This document shows, one piece after another, positions 26,906-35,418 of a DNA stretch of 64,000 nt. Origin of the DNA: Eubacteriales bacterium (GTDB lineage: Bacteria > Bacillota > Clostridia > Oscillospirales > CAG-272); contig JBJDZH010000011.1 in the NCBI GenBank assembly GCA_051867895.1, positions 7,926 to 71,925 on the forward strand, read 5' to 3'. Position 1 is the stretch's first letter. Each line of letters opens with the position of its first letter. The notes beneath the pieces were generated by a model. That model saw only the letters and a program-made list of their open reading frames with translations, was not told the origin of the DNA and did no database searches. The position numbers and the translations under genes were made by a program.

Positions 26906-27352
26906 ATGGATTACAGCGAAAAAGTACTCGACCATTTTTCCCATCCCCGCAATGTCGGCGAGATACCGGATGCGGACGGCGTCGGCACGGTCGGAAATCC
27001 GAAGTGCGGCGACATCATGAAAATGTACCTCAAGATCAACAACGGCGTGATTACCGACTGCAAATTCCAGACGTTTGGCTGCGGCGCCGCTATCGCCACT
27101 TCTTCCATGGCGACGGAGATGATCAAAGGTAAGCCGCTTGAGGAAGCGCTGAAGCTGACGAACAAGGCGGTCGTCGAGGCGCTCGACGGACTTCCGGCGG
27201 TGAAGATCCACTGCTCCGTTCTGGCTGAGGAAGCAGTGAAATCGGCAATTGCCGATTATTATCAGAGGAACAACATCCCCTACGACGCCAAGGTGCTGGA
27301 GTGTACTGAGGAGGCGTGCTGCCACCTCGCTGCCAAAAGCGCGGAGGAATAA
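26906..27352 (+). CDS. iscU: Fe-S cluster scaffold (NifU/IscU)
   Basis: YSEKVLDHF.HPRNVG, GNPKCGD, FGCGAAIA and LPAVKIHCSVLA. Confidence 0.95.
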   Translation: MDYSEKVLDHFSHPRNVGEIPDADGVGTVGNPKCGDIMKMYLKINNGVITDCKFQTFGCGAAIATSSMATEMIKGKPLEEALKLTNKAVVEALDGLPAVKIHCSVLAEEAVKSAIADYYQRNNIPYDAKVLECTEEACCHLAAKSAEE

Positions 27353-27356
27353 AAAT

Positions 27357-27392
27357 GCCAAAGAGGAACGCGGCGCGTTCCTCTTTTTTGGC
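27357..27392 (+). terminator. Intrinsic terminator after iscU
   Basis: AAAGAGGAACGC-GGC-GCGTTCCTCTTTTTT. Confidence 0.85.
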
Positions 27393-27966
27393 GCGGCCGC
27401 CTTCATAGAGCGTTCATGGCGGAGTCACAGCTTCCGTGGACTGGCCGCTGCTGCTGTGCGCGATTGTTCTCGCGGCGTTCACCGAATGATGATACTCTAT
27501 CCACATCGGGATCACATAAGCTGTCATATTCAGGGAATTTAGGAATTTAACTGTAAATTAAGGGCGAAAAAAGGATACGCTCCGCGGAAAAGTTTTCGAT
27601 TTGTACAATTTGCATATATGTAGAAATTTCACGCTAAATTTTGTGCAAATCAACAAATGCGTTCTCGCGCAGGCAGGATGTGGAGATTGGCTGCATTTGG
27701 ATATATCCAAAAATCGATGGGTAAATCGGATTTACACACTTGATCGGAGACTGTGCCAAAGATCGATTCAGCCCGGCAGAATGGGACGTCCGGAAAGATG
27801 GAATGCCGGAAATCCTACCCAACAGGTAAATTGCAGTTACCCATCGGGCGGCGAATTCGGGGAGTCAGGCAGAGGTGCGCGCATGTGAAAAATGCCGGTT
27901 TTTCCGGAGAGGTGCCGCCGGCGCGAAAACTGCGACTACGAATGTCTTTTTGCGCGGCACCCCGAC

Positions 27967-27995
27967 TTGACATTTTGCCGGGTATATGCTATCAT
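27967..27995 (+). promoter_or_regulatory. Sigma-A promoter of the seven-gene ABC operon
   Basis: TTGACA-17-TATCAT with TG extension, about 250 nt upstream of the first ATG. Confidence 0.7.
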
Positions 27996-28244
27996 ATCTG
28001 CATATAAAATAAAGGGTGAATCCTTGGATTCTCCGTTATTTTTGACGCAGATTCCGCCCGGAAAAGGCGGAGGCTGCGTTTTCGCCGCCGCAGGCGCAAA
28101 GACAGCGGGATCGTTTCCTATTATTTATATAGCGGACGTCCGTTTTTCTGTGTACGGCGGCAAAGCCCGGGAGCCTGATGGTTCGGCGTTTCCGGGTAGG
28201 TCCGGGATCATCGCCGAATCTAAAACAAGCAGGAGGAAGGTTCT

Positions 28245-31200
28245 ATGAGAAGAAACCACCACAACAGGCTGATTGCTTTCTTGCTGTCTCTCATCATGCT
28301 GTTGGGCTGCGTTGTTCCTCTGTCCGCCGCGGACGCCGCGCCCGCAGAGACAGACGGGGAAAACAGCAGTCTGACAACGACGACGCTGAAGGAGATCAGC
28401 GAAGCCCTGAATGCCATTTCCTACGCGGAGTATCGGGAGAAATACTCGAGCATGTCGCGCGGGACGAAGGAAATCAAGGTCGATCTCGCATCCTATGATA
28501 AGGAGAAGACCACCGCTGCCGTCGAGATGCGCTCAAACTTCTCCGACGACTTCGGGACCACGCAGCCGAAGGCGATCTACATAGGCGACTCCGGCAAGAT
28601 CACCTGGCCGGTCGAGATCCCTCAGACGGGACTTTATGCCGTTGAGCTGATCTACTGCTCCGAGTCCGACAAGACGAACTCCATCGAGCGTATGTTCTAC
28701 ATCAACGACAAGGTGCCGTTTGCGGAAGCACGCTATATTCTGATGACGAAGTACTGGATCCATCATTACGCCGAGAACGGGCGCTTTGCGTTCGATACCA
28801 ACGGCAATGAGCTTCGTCCTTCCACTTCTGTCAAAAGAAAGTGGACGACTCAGTCCCTGATTGACTCCAACGGCTATTACGCGGAGCCGTTTGAATTCTA
28901 CTTTGAAAAGGGACAGAATACCATCTCCCTTGAGGCGGTGCGTGAGGATGTTGTGATCGCCGGCATCCGTCTCTATCCGTATACCGATCTTCCTACCTAC
29001 GAGGAGAAGCTCGCCGAGTATACGCAGAAGGGCTACACCGAAGGAACGGATAAGATCCATCTCGCAGCGGAGACTCCTTCCGCCGTTTCCGAGTATACCA
29101 TTTATCCGATTTATGACAGAACCTCCGCCATTACCGAGCCGCAGCACGCCACGCTCATCTACCGCAACACCATCGGCAGCGAGAAGTGGAAGACGACCGG
29201 TCAGTGGATCGAGTGGGAGTTCGATATCGAGAATGCCGGTCTCTACACGATCGATCTCCGCTATAAGCAGTCGGAGCTGAGCGGCATGTATACCTCCCGC
29301 CGCCTGACGATTGACGGCGAAACGCCGTTTGACGAATGCAACTACCTCCGCTTCGATTATGATACGGACTGGCATGTCGGTCCCGTCTCGGACGGCTCCG
29401 ATAATACGCTTCAGTTCTATCTGGAGCCGGGTCATCATACCATCCGCCTGGAGGTCACCCTCGGCGCCATGGGTGACATCGTTCGCCGCGTCGCCGAATC
29501 CGTCAACAACATCAACCAGTGCTACCTGGACATTATGAAGCTGACGGGCGCCTCCCCGGATAAGTACCGCGACTACGGCTTTGCGCGCGTCATGCCCGAC
29601 ACGATCGAGAATATGATCCTGGAGAGCATCAATCTCTACGAGATCATCGATTACCTCGAAAGCATGAACGGCGTCAGAAGCCAGTATTCCGCAACGCTGA
29701 GCCAGGTGGCCCGCCTGCTTGAGAAAATGGGTACGGACGAGGATGAAATCGCCCGCAACCTGAAGCAGCTCAAGGACTTCGTCGGTACGATGGGTACCTG
29801 GGTCACCAACGTATCCTCCCAGCCGCTGGAACTCGACTACATCCTCATTCAGGGTGCCTCTGCAGAGCTTCCGCGTGCGAACGCGAACTTCTTCCAGAAC
29901 GTCGCGCATGAGATCAAGATGTTCATCGGCAGCTTCTTCACCGATTACAACTCCCTCGGCGGCACCGGTGAAGCGAGCGACGCGGAAGCCGTTACCGCAT
30001 GGGTCGTTACCGGACGCGATCAGGCGCAGATCATGCGCAACCTGATCGATGACCGCTTCACGCCGGACAGCAACATTTTCGTCAATCTGAAGCTCGTTGC
30101 AGGCGGCACACTGCTGCCCTCCGTCCTTGCCGGAATCGGACCGGATGTCGCGCTCGACGGTGCAGACCCGATCCAGTACGCCATCCGCGGCGCTGTCCTT
30201 CCGTTGAACGATTTTGATACGTTCGATGAGGTGTGCAGCCGCTTTACGGAGGCTGCGATGATCCCGCTGACTCTGTACGGCAAGACCTACGGCCTGCCGG
30301 AAACGCAGTCCTTCCTCATGATGTTCTACCGCAAGGATATCCTCGCCGACCTCGGTCTTGAAGTCCCGAAGACATGGGACGATCTGATGGCAATGATCCC
30401 GGTCCTCCAGTTCAACAACATGGAAGTCGGTCTGCCGAACAACTATCAGATCTTCCTCTATCAGATGGGCGGCGACCTCTGGACGGATGAAGGCATGAGA
30501 ATCAATCTCGATTCCAATACGTCGCTGGAAGCCTTCGAGGACATGTGCAACATGTTCACGCAGTACTCCCTGCCGTACACCTACAGCTTTGCAAACCGCT
30601 TCAAGACCGGCGAGATGCCGATCGGTATCGTGGACTACACGCAGTACAACCAGATGATCCTCTTCGCGACGGAAATCGCAGGTCTGTGGGATATGGTCCC
30701 GATCCCCGGCATCATGGATGAAGACGGCAACATCAACAACGTCTGCGTCGCCGGCGTCGGTTCCATCGTCATGATGGACGGCTGCCGCGATCTCGAAGCT
30801 GCATGGAAGTTCATGGACTGGTGGGTCGATCACGACTTCCAGGTCGACTACTCCAATGAGCTTGTCGCCATCATGGGTCCTGCCGCCAAGAACGCAACTG
30901 CGAACCGCCAGGCGCTTGAGGAGCTTCCGTGGTCCTCCACTGAGTATCAGAACCTGAACCGCCAGATGAATAACCTGACCGCTATCCCCGCATATCCGGG
31001 CAGCTACATCATCGGTCGTTATACAAACTTCGCTTTCCTCGCCGCGTATAACGATCTTGCGGATCCGGTCGATTCCCTCCTTAATTATATCAATGCCATC
31101 AATAAGGAAATTACCCGCAAACGCAAAGAATTCAACTACGAGACGCTTGAGGTCGGTCAGACTCTCGCCGAAAAGCGCATGGATCAGGCTTCCGAGCTGA

Positions 31201-31385
31201 TGTCCACGCTCAGCGGCTATGAGAGTGAGATTACTGCTGCAAGCGAAGCCATCGCAGCCGGCGACGTCGCCGCGCTGAATGCGGCAGCCGACGCCTTTGA
31301 GCGTGCGGGCACCGACGAAACACTTACCACGCTCGTCGGATATCTCAGAGACGCGGCGAAGGCGCTCGCGTCCTACGAAAAGTAA
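28245..31385 (+). CDS. Giant extracellular solute-binding protein (two CBM-like jelly-roll modules, helical linker, sugar SBP domain)
   Basis: Signal peptide; repeated W...I...GLY.....Y and YF/LE.G..TI.L motifs; C-terminal SBP motifs YGLPETQSFLMMFYRKDIL...LEVPKTWDD and AAWKFMDWW. Confidence 0.8.
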   Translation: MRRNHHNRLIAFLLSLIMLLGCVVPLSAADAAPAETDGENSSLTTTTLKEISEALNAISYAEYREKYSSMSRGTKEIKVDLASYDKEKTTAAVEMRSNFSDDFGTTQPKAIYIGDSGKITWPVEIPQTGLYAVELIYCSESDKTNSIERMFYINDKVPFAEARYILMTKYWIHHYAENGRFAFDTNGNELRPSTSVKRKWTTQSLIDSNGYYAEPFEFYFEKGQNTISLEAVREDVVIAGIRLYPYTDLPTYEEKLAEYTQKGYTEGTDKIHLAAETPSAVSEYTIYPIYDRTSAITEPQHATLIYRNTIGSEKWKTTGQWIEWEFDIENAGLYTIDLRYKQSELSGMYTSRRLTIDGETPFDECNYLRFDYDTDWHVGPVSDGSDNTLQFYLEPGHHTIRLEVTLGAMGDIVRRVAESVNNINQCYLDIMKLTGASPDKYRDYGFARVMPDTIENMILESINLYEIIDYLESMNGVRSQYSATLSQVARLLEKMGTDEDEIARNLKQLKDFVGTMGTWVTNVSSQPLELDYILIQGASAELPRANANFFQNVAHEIKMFIGSFFTDYNSLGGTGEASDAEAVTAWVVTGRDQAQIMRNLIDDRFTPDSNIFVNLKLVAGGTLLPSVLAGIGPDVALDGADPIQYAIRGAVLPLNDFDTFDEVCSRFTEAAMIPLTLYGKTYGLPETQSFLMMFYRKDILADLGLEVPKTWDDLMAMIPVLQFNNMEVGLPNNYQIFLYQMGGDLWTDEGMRINLDSNTSLEAFEDMCNMFTQYSLPYTYSFANRFKTGEMPIGIVDYTQYNQMILFATEIAGLWDMVPIPGIMDEDGNINNVCVAGVGSIVMMDGCRDLEAAWKFMDWWVDHDFQVDYSNELVAIMGPAAKNATANRQALEELPWSSTEYQNLNRQMNNLTAIPAYPGSYIIGRYTNFAFLAAYNDLADPVDSLLNYINAINKEITRKRKEFNYETLEVGQTLAEKRMDQASELMSTLSGYESEITAASEAIAAGDVAALNAAADAFERAGTDETLTTLVGYLRDAAKALASYEK

Positions 31386-31432
31386 TATATTTCCCCGCGG
31401 CACGAAAACATTCTGATTAAGGAGAAAATGCA

Positions 31433-32377
31433 ATGTCAAAGAAATCTGCTTCACAGGCAGTGACTCGCACAGAGATGACAAAGGCGCAGTGGACATGGTT
31501 TCAGATGAAGCAGCATAAGGTCGCGTACCTGATGGTCGCCCCCTTTATGATCATCTTCTTCCTCTTTACTGTCATCCCCGTCGTTGCCTCTCTGCTTCTG
31601 AGCTTCACATCCTTCAACATGCTGCAGATGCCGAAATTCCTGTTCTTCGACAACTACATCACGCTGTTCCTCGACGACGATCTCTGGGTCATCGCTCTGA
31701 AGAACACGCTGATCTTCGCAGCGATCACCGGTCCCGCATCCTATATCCTCTCCTTCCTCGTTGCATGGTTCATCAACGAGCTCTCCCCGAAGGTGAGAGC
31801 GGTCGTCACCCTGATCTTCTACGCGCCGTCTATTTCCGGTAACGCATACCTGATCTGGCAGACGCTGTTCGCGTCGGATGCATACGGCTGGGTCAACGGT
31901 AAGCTCCTTTCCTGGGGACTGATCGACTCACCGATCCTGTGGTTTCAGAACGAAAAGTACGTTATGGGACTTTGTATCATCGTCGCACTCTGGACCTCCC
32001 TCGGAACTGCGTTCCTTTCCTTCATCGCAGGTCTTCAGGGCATCAACGTCAGCCTCTTTGAGGCGGCGGCGGTCGACGGTCTGAAGAACCGCTGGCAGGA
32101 ACTCTGGTACGTTACCCTCCCGTCCATGAAGCCGCAGCTGATGTTCGGCGCCGTCCTTTCCATCACCGGTGCGTTCGGCTTCGGCGGTATCGTTACCGCC
32201 CTCGCCGGCAACCCGTCCGTCAATTACGCGGCGTACACCATCTCCCACCACCTTGCCGAATACGGCAGTACGCGTTGGGAGGTCGGTTATGCGTCGGCGA
32301 TCTCTTTCGTCCTCTTCCTTATGATGATTGGATCGAACATGGCGGTAACGAAACTGCTTTCAAAGGTGGGACAGTGA
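31433..32377 (+). CDS. Carbohydrate ABC permease (MalF-like) 1
   Basis: Six TM helices; EAA loop LFEAAAVDG; VTLPSMKP. Confidence 0.9.
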   Translation: MSKKSASQAVTRTEMTKAQWTWFQMKQHKVAYLMVAPFMIIFFLFTVIPVVASLLLSFTSFNMLQMPKFLFFDNYITLFLDDDLWVIALKNTLIFAAITGPASYILSFLVAWFINELSPKVRAVVTLIFYAPSISGNAYLIWQTLFASDAYGWVNGKLLSWGLIDSPILWFQNEKYVMGLCIIVALWTSLGTAFLSFIAGLQGINVSLFEAAAVDGLKNRWQELWYVTLPSMKPQLMFGAVLSITGAFGFGGIVTALAGNPSVNYAAYTISHHLAEYGSTRWEVGYASAISFVLFLMMIGSNMAVTKLLSKVGQ

Positions 32378-32378
32378 T

Positions 32379-33251
32379 ATGAAGAAATTAAGAACCAGAA
32401 AACATCGCGTCGTCCTCAACCGCAGCGTCGGCGGCGACCTCGGTATCACCGTTGTTCTTGCGATCTTCGGCGTGTTCATGTTCCTGCCGATGCTCTACAT
32501 CCTCATGAACTCCGTCAAGCCCCTTGACGAGCTCTGGATCTATCCGCCCCGCTTCTACGTCGTTTCTCCGACCTTTGAGAACTTCAGAAGCCTCTTCAGC
32601 CTGATGGGCGACTCCTGGGTGCCGTTCTCCCGCTACATCTTCAATACGGTGTTCATCTCCGTTGTCGGTACTTTCGGCAACCTGATGCTCTCCTCGATGG
32701 CGGCCTACGCGCTCGCAAAGATCCCGTTCCCCGGCGCCAAGTGGATGTTCAAGCTCGTCCGCACCGCGCTGATGTTCTCCTCCACCGTTACCGGTATCGC
32801 GAACTTCATCGTGATGTCCATGCTCGGCTGGGTGGATACATACTGGGCGATCATCGTTCCTGCCTTCGCTTCCTCCCTTGGTCTCTACCTGATGAAGCAG
32901 TTCATGGATTCTAACGTGACGGCGGAAGTGCTTGAAAGCGCACGTCTGGACGGCGCGTCCGAGTTCAAGACCTTCTGGACGATCGCCATGCCGATGGTCA
33001 AGCCTGCATGGCTGACGCTGATTATCTACTGCTTCAAGGATCTGTGGAATGCCGGCGCTTCCATCTACGTCTACAGCGAAGAGCTCAAGTCTCTGAACTA
33101 CGCCATCTCCCAGATCACCGCAGGAGGCGTCGCACGTGCTGGTGCATCCGCAGCAGCATCCGTCGTTATGATGATGGTGCCGATTATCGTGTTCGTCATT
33201 TCCCAGAGTAATATTATTGAGACTATGGGCACAAGCGGTATGAAGGACTAA
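32379..33251 (+). CDS. Carbohydrate ABC permease (MalG-like) 2
   Basis: AAYALAK..FPG and EAA loop VLESARLDGASE. Confidence 0.9.
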   Translation: MKKLRTRKHRVVLNRSVGGDLGITVVLAIFGVFMFLPMLYILMNSVKPLDELWIYPPRFYVVSPTFENFRSLFSLMGDSWVPFSRYIFNTVFISVVGTFGNLMLSSMAAYALAKIPFPGAKWMFKLVRTALMFSSTVTGIANFIVMSMLGWVDTYWAIIVPAFASSLGLYLMKQFMDSNVTAEVLESARLDGASEFKTFWTIAMPMVKPAWLTLIIYCFKDLWNAGASIYVYSEELKSLNYAISQITAGGVARAGASAAASVVMMMVPIIVFVISQSNIIETMGTSGMKD

Positions 33252-33264
33252 GGAGGTAATAATA

Positions 33265-35397
33265 ATGAAAAAATTATCACGCGTCCTGCTTATCCTGATG
33301 GCCCTGGTCACGATCTTTTCCGCTGTGGCGGGCGCGGCAGCGCCGTATGCTACCTACACCTATTCCTCCACCGGCTTCGTCCTGAACTCCCCGGAGGCGT
33401 ATGTGCCGGATATGGTCGTCGATTCCAGCTATATCGGTCTTTCTACTCCCTTTGATGATCCGCGCGACCTCTTCGTCGATCCTGACATGAACGTCTACCT
33501 GGTGGACGCGAAGAATAACCGCATCATCTGCATGGACCGTTATCTCAAGCTCCGCTTTGAGATCAAGTCCTTCGTCAACTCCCAGGGCGTTCCCGACTCG
33601 CTTGCCGACCCCTCCGGCGTGTTTGTAAACGATAAGTACATTTACGTCTGCGACTCGAACAATAACCGTATTGTCATGTTCCATCGCGACGGCAGCTACT
33701 ATAAGATCGTTCCGCAGCCGGTCAGTGACCTCTTTGACGAGGGCGCTATCTACAAGCCGGTCGCAGTCGCGGTCGACTCCTATGGTCGTCTGTTCGTCGT
33801 CTCCTCCACTACCTATCAGGGTATCATCGTTATGAGTGAGGACGGCGGCTTCCACGGCTTCATCGGCGCACAGCAGGTATCCATCTCCGCTATCGAGATC
33901 CTGTGGAGAGAGCTGCAGACCGATGAGCAGCGCTCCTACTCCTCTCAGTACGTCTCCACCGAGTTCAATAATATCACGATCGACAAGGATAACTTCCTGT
34001 ATGTTACGACCTCCTCGATCAAGGAGTCGGATCAGCAGGCGGCCATCCGCTCCAAGAGCAAGAGCGGTACGAACGCACCGGTCAAGAAGCTGAACGCTTC
34101 CGGTGCGGACGTCATGAGACGAAACGGCTTCTATCCGCCGTCCGGCGAGGTTCGCGTCTCCAACTCCGTGCTTGACTCTATCACCGGTCCGTCCAAGATC
34201 ATCGACGCCGCGGTCGGTCCTGAGGGCACCTGGTCCATCATCGATGAAAAGCGCTCCAAGGTCTTTACCTACGATAAGGATGGCAACACGCTTTTCATTT
34301 TCGGTGACAAGGGTATCCAGACCGGTAACATTGACAGCATTGAGGCGATCGTCTATCAGGGCGACAAGATCCTCCTGCTTGACAAATCCAAGGACTCCAT
34401 CACAGTTTACCGCCGCACCGAGTACGGTGACCTTCTGATTAACGCCCTCGCGCATCAGAATGCGCGTAAGTACGACGTGGCGATCGACGACTGGACCGAG
34501 ATCCTGAAGCGCAATAACAACTACGACTCCGCCTACATCGGAATCGGTAAGGCGCTTTACCGCAGCGGCGACTATCAAGAGGCAATGGAGTATTACAAGT
34601 CGGCGTATGAAACGACCAACTATTCCGACGCCTTCAAGGAAGTCCGCAAGAACATCATGTCCAAGTGGCTCCTTGCAGTCATCATCGGCATCGTTGCCAT
34701 CTGCCTCCTGATCGGCAAGTTCTTCGGATACGCTGCCAAGATCAACAAAAAGGCGCAGCTCAAGGTCGGACGCAAGAGCCTCAAGGAGGAGATGCTGTAT
34801 CCCTTCCACCTGATCTTCCATCCGTTCGACGGCTTCTGGGATCTGAAGCATGAGAAGCGCGGCTCCATGCGCAGCGCGTTCCTCATTCTGGTCATTACGA
34901 TCCTCGCGTTCTGCTACCAGTCCGTTGGAACCGGCTATATCTTCAATCCGCGTCAGTCTTCCTACCTCAACATCTTTGCGCAGATCCTTTCCGTGACCGT
35001 TCCGCTGCTCCTGTGGTGCGTTGCGAACTGGTGCCTGACGACGCTGTTTGAGGGCGAGGGCAGCCTCAAGGATATCTTTATTGCGGCATGCTATTCTCTG
35101 ACTCCTCTGCCGCTGCTCATTATCCCGTCCGTTATCCTCTCCAACGTGCTGGCGAAGAACGAGGGACAGATCATTTCCCTGCTTTCCACGATCGCATTTG
35201 CGTGGATGGGCATCCTGGTCTTCCTCGGCATGATGGTAACGCATGACTATTCCATGTTCAAGAATATTCTCACGAGTATCGGCACCATCGTCGGCATGGC
35301 GTTCATCATGTTTATCGCGATCCTCTTCTCGAGCCTGATGGCGAAGATCGTCAGCTTCATCTCCAGCATCATTATCGAGATCAATTACCGCCTGTAA
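33265..35397 (+). CDS. NHL beta-propeller + TPR + YIP1-domain membrane protein
   Basis: Signal peptide; NHL blades YLVDAKNNRI, YVCDSNNNRIV and PVAVAVDSYGRLFV; TPR AYIGIGKALYRSGDYQEAMEYYK; one TM helix, then HPFDGFWDLKHEKRG and about 5 TM helices (YIP1-like). Confidence 0.8.
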   Translation: MKKLSRVLLILMALVTIFSAVAGAAAPYATYTYSSTGFVLNSPEAYVPDMVVDSSYIGLSTPFDDPRDLFVDPDMNVYLVDAKNNRIICMDRYLKLRFEIKSFVNSQGVPDSLADPSGVFVNDKYIYVCDSNNNRIVMFHRDGSYYKIVPQPVSDLFDEGAIYKPVAVAVDSYGRLFVVSSTTYQGIIVMSEDGGFHGFIGAQQVSISAIEILWRELQTDEQRSYSSQYVSTEFNNITIDKDNFLYVTTSSIKESDQQAAIRSKSKSGTNAPVKKLNASGADVMRRNGFYPPSGEVRVSNSVLDSITGPSKIIDAAVGPEGTWSIIDEKRSKVFTYDKDGNTLFIFGDKGIQTGNIDSIEAIVYQGDKILLLDKSKDSITVYRRTEYGDLLINALAHQNARKYDVAIDDWTEILKRNNNYDSAYIGIGKALYRSGDYQEAMEYYKSAYETTNYSDAFKEVRKNIMSKWLLAVIIGIVAICLLIGKFFGYAAKINKKAQLKVGRKSLKEEMLYPFHLIFHPFDGFWDLKHEKRGSMRSAFLILVITILAFCYQSVGTGYIFNPRQSSYLNIFAQILSVTVPLLLWCVANWCLTTLFEGEGSLKDIFIAACYSLTPLPLLIIPSVILSNVLAKNEGQIISLLSTIAFAWMGILVFLGMMVTHDYSMFKNILTSIGTIVGMAFIMFIAILFSSLMAKIVSFISSIIIEINYRL

Positions 35398-35418
35398 CCC
35401 GGGGAAAGGAGTAAAAGA

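Noticed and set aside
27601-27656. Rex operator
   Set aside because: The motifs are 16 bp, not the 18-bp TTGTGAA-N4-TTCACAA consensus. They are kept only as unexplained sites.
28090-28200. c-di-GMP-I riboswitch (GCGCAAAG and GGCAAAG words)
   Set aside because: The order and spacing of the conserved blocks do not match the model.
27601-28248. Short ORFs in the large intergenic region
   Set aside because: They have no convincing RBS, codon bias or motifs, and they overlap the predicted promoter and leader.
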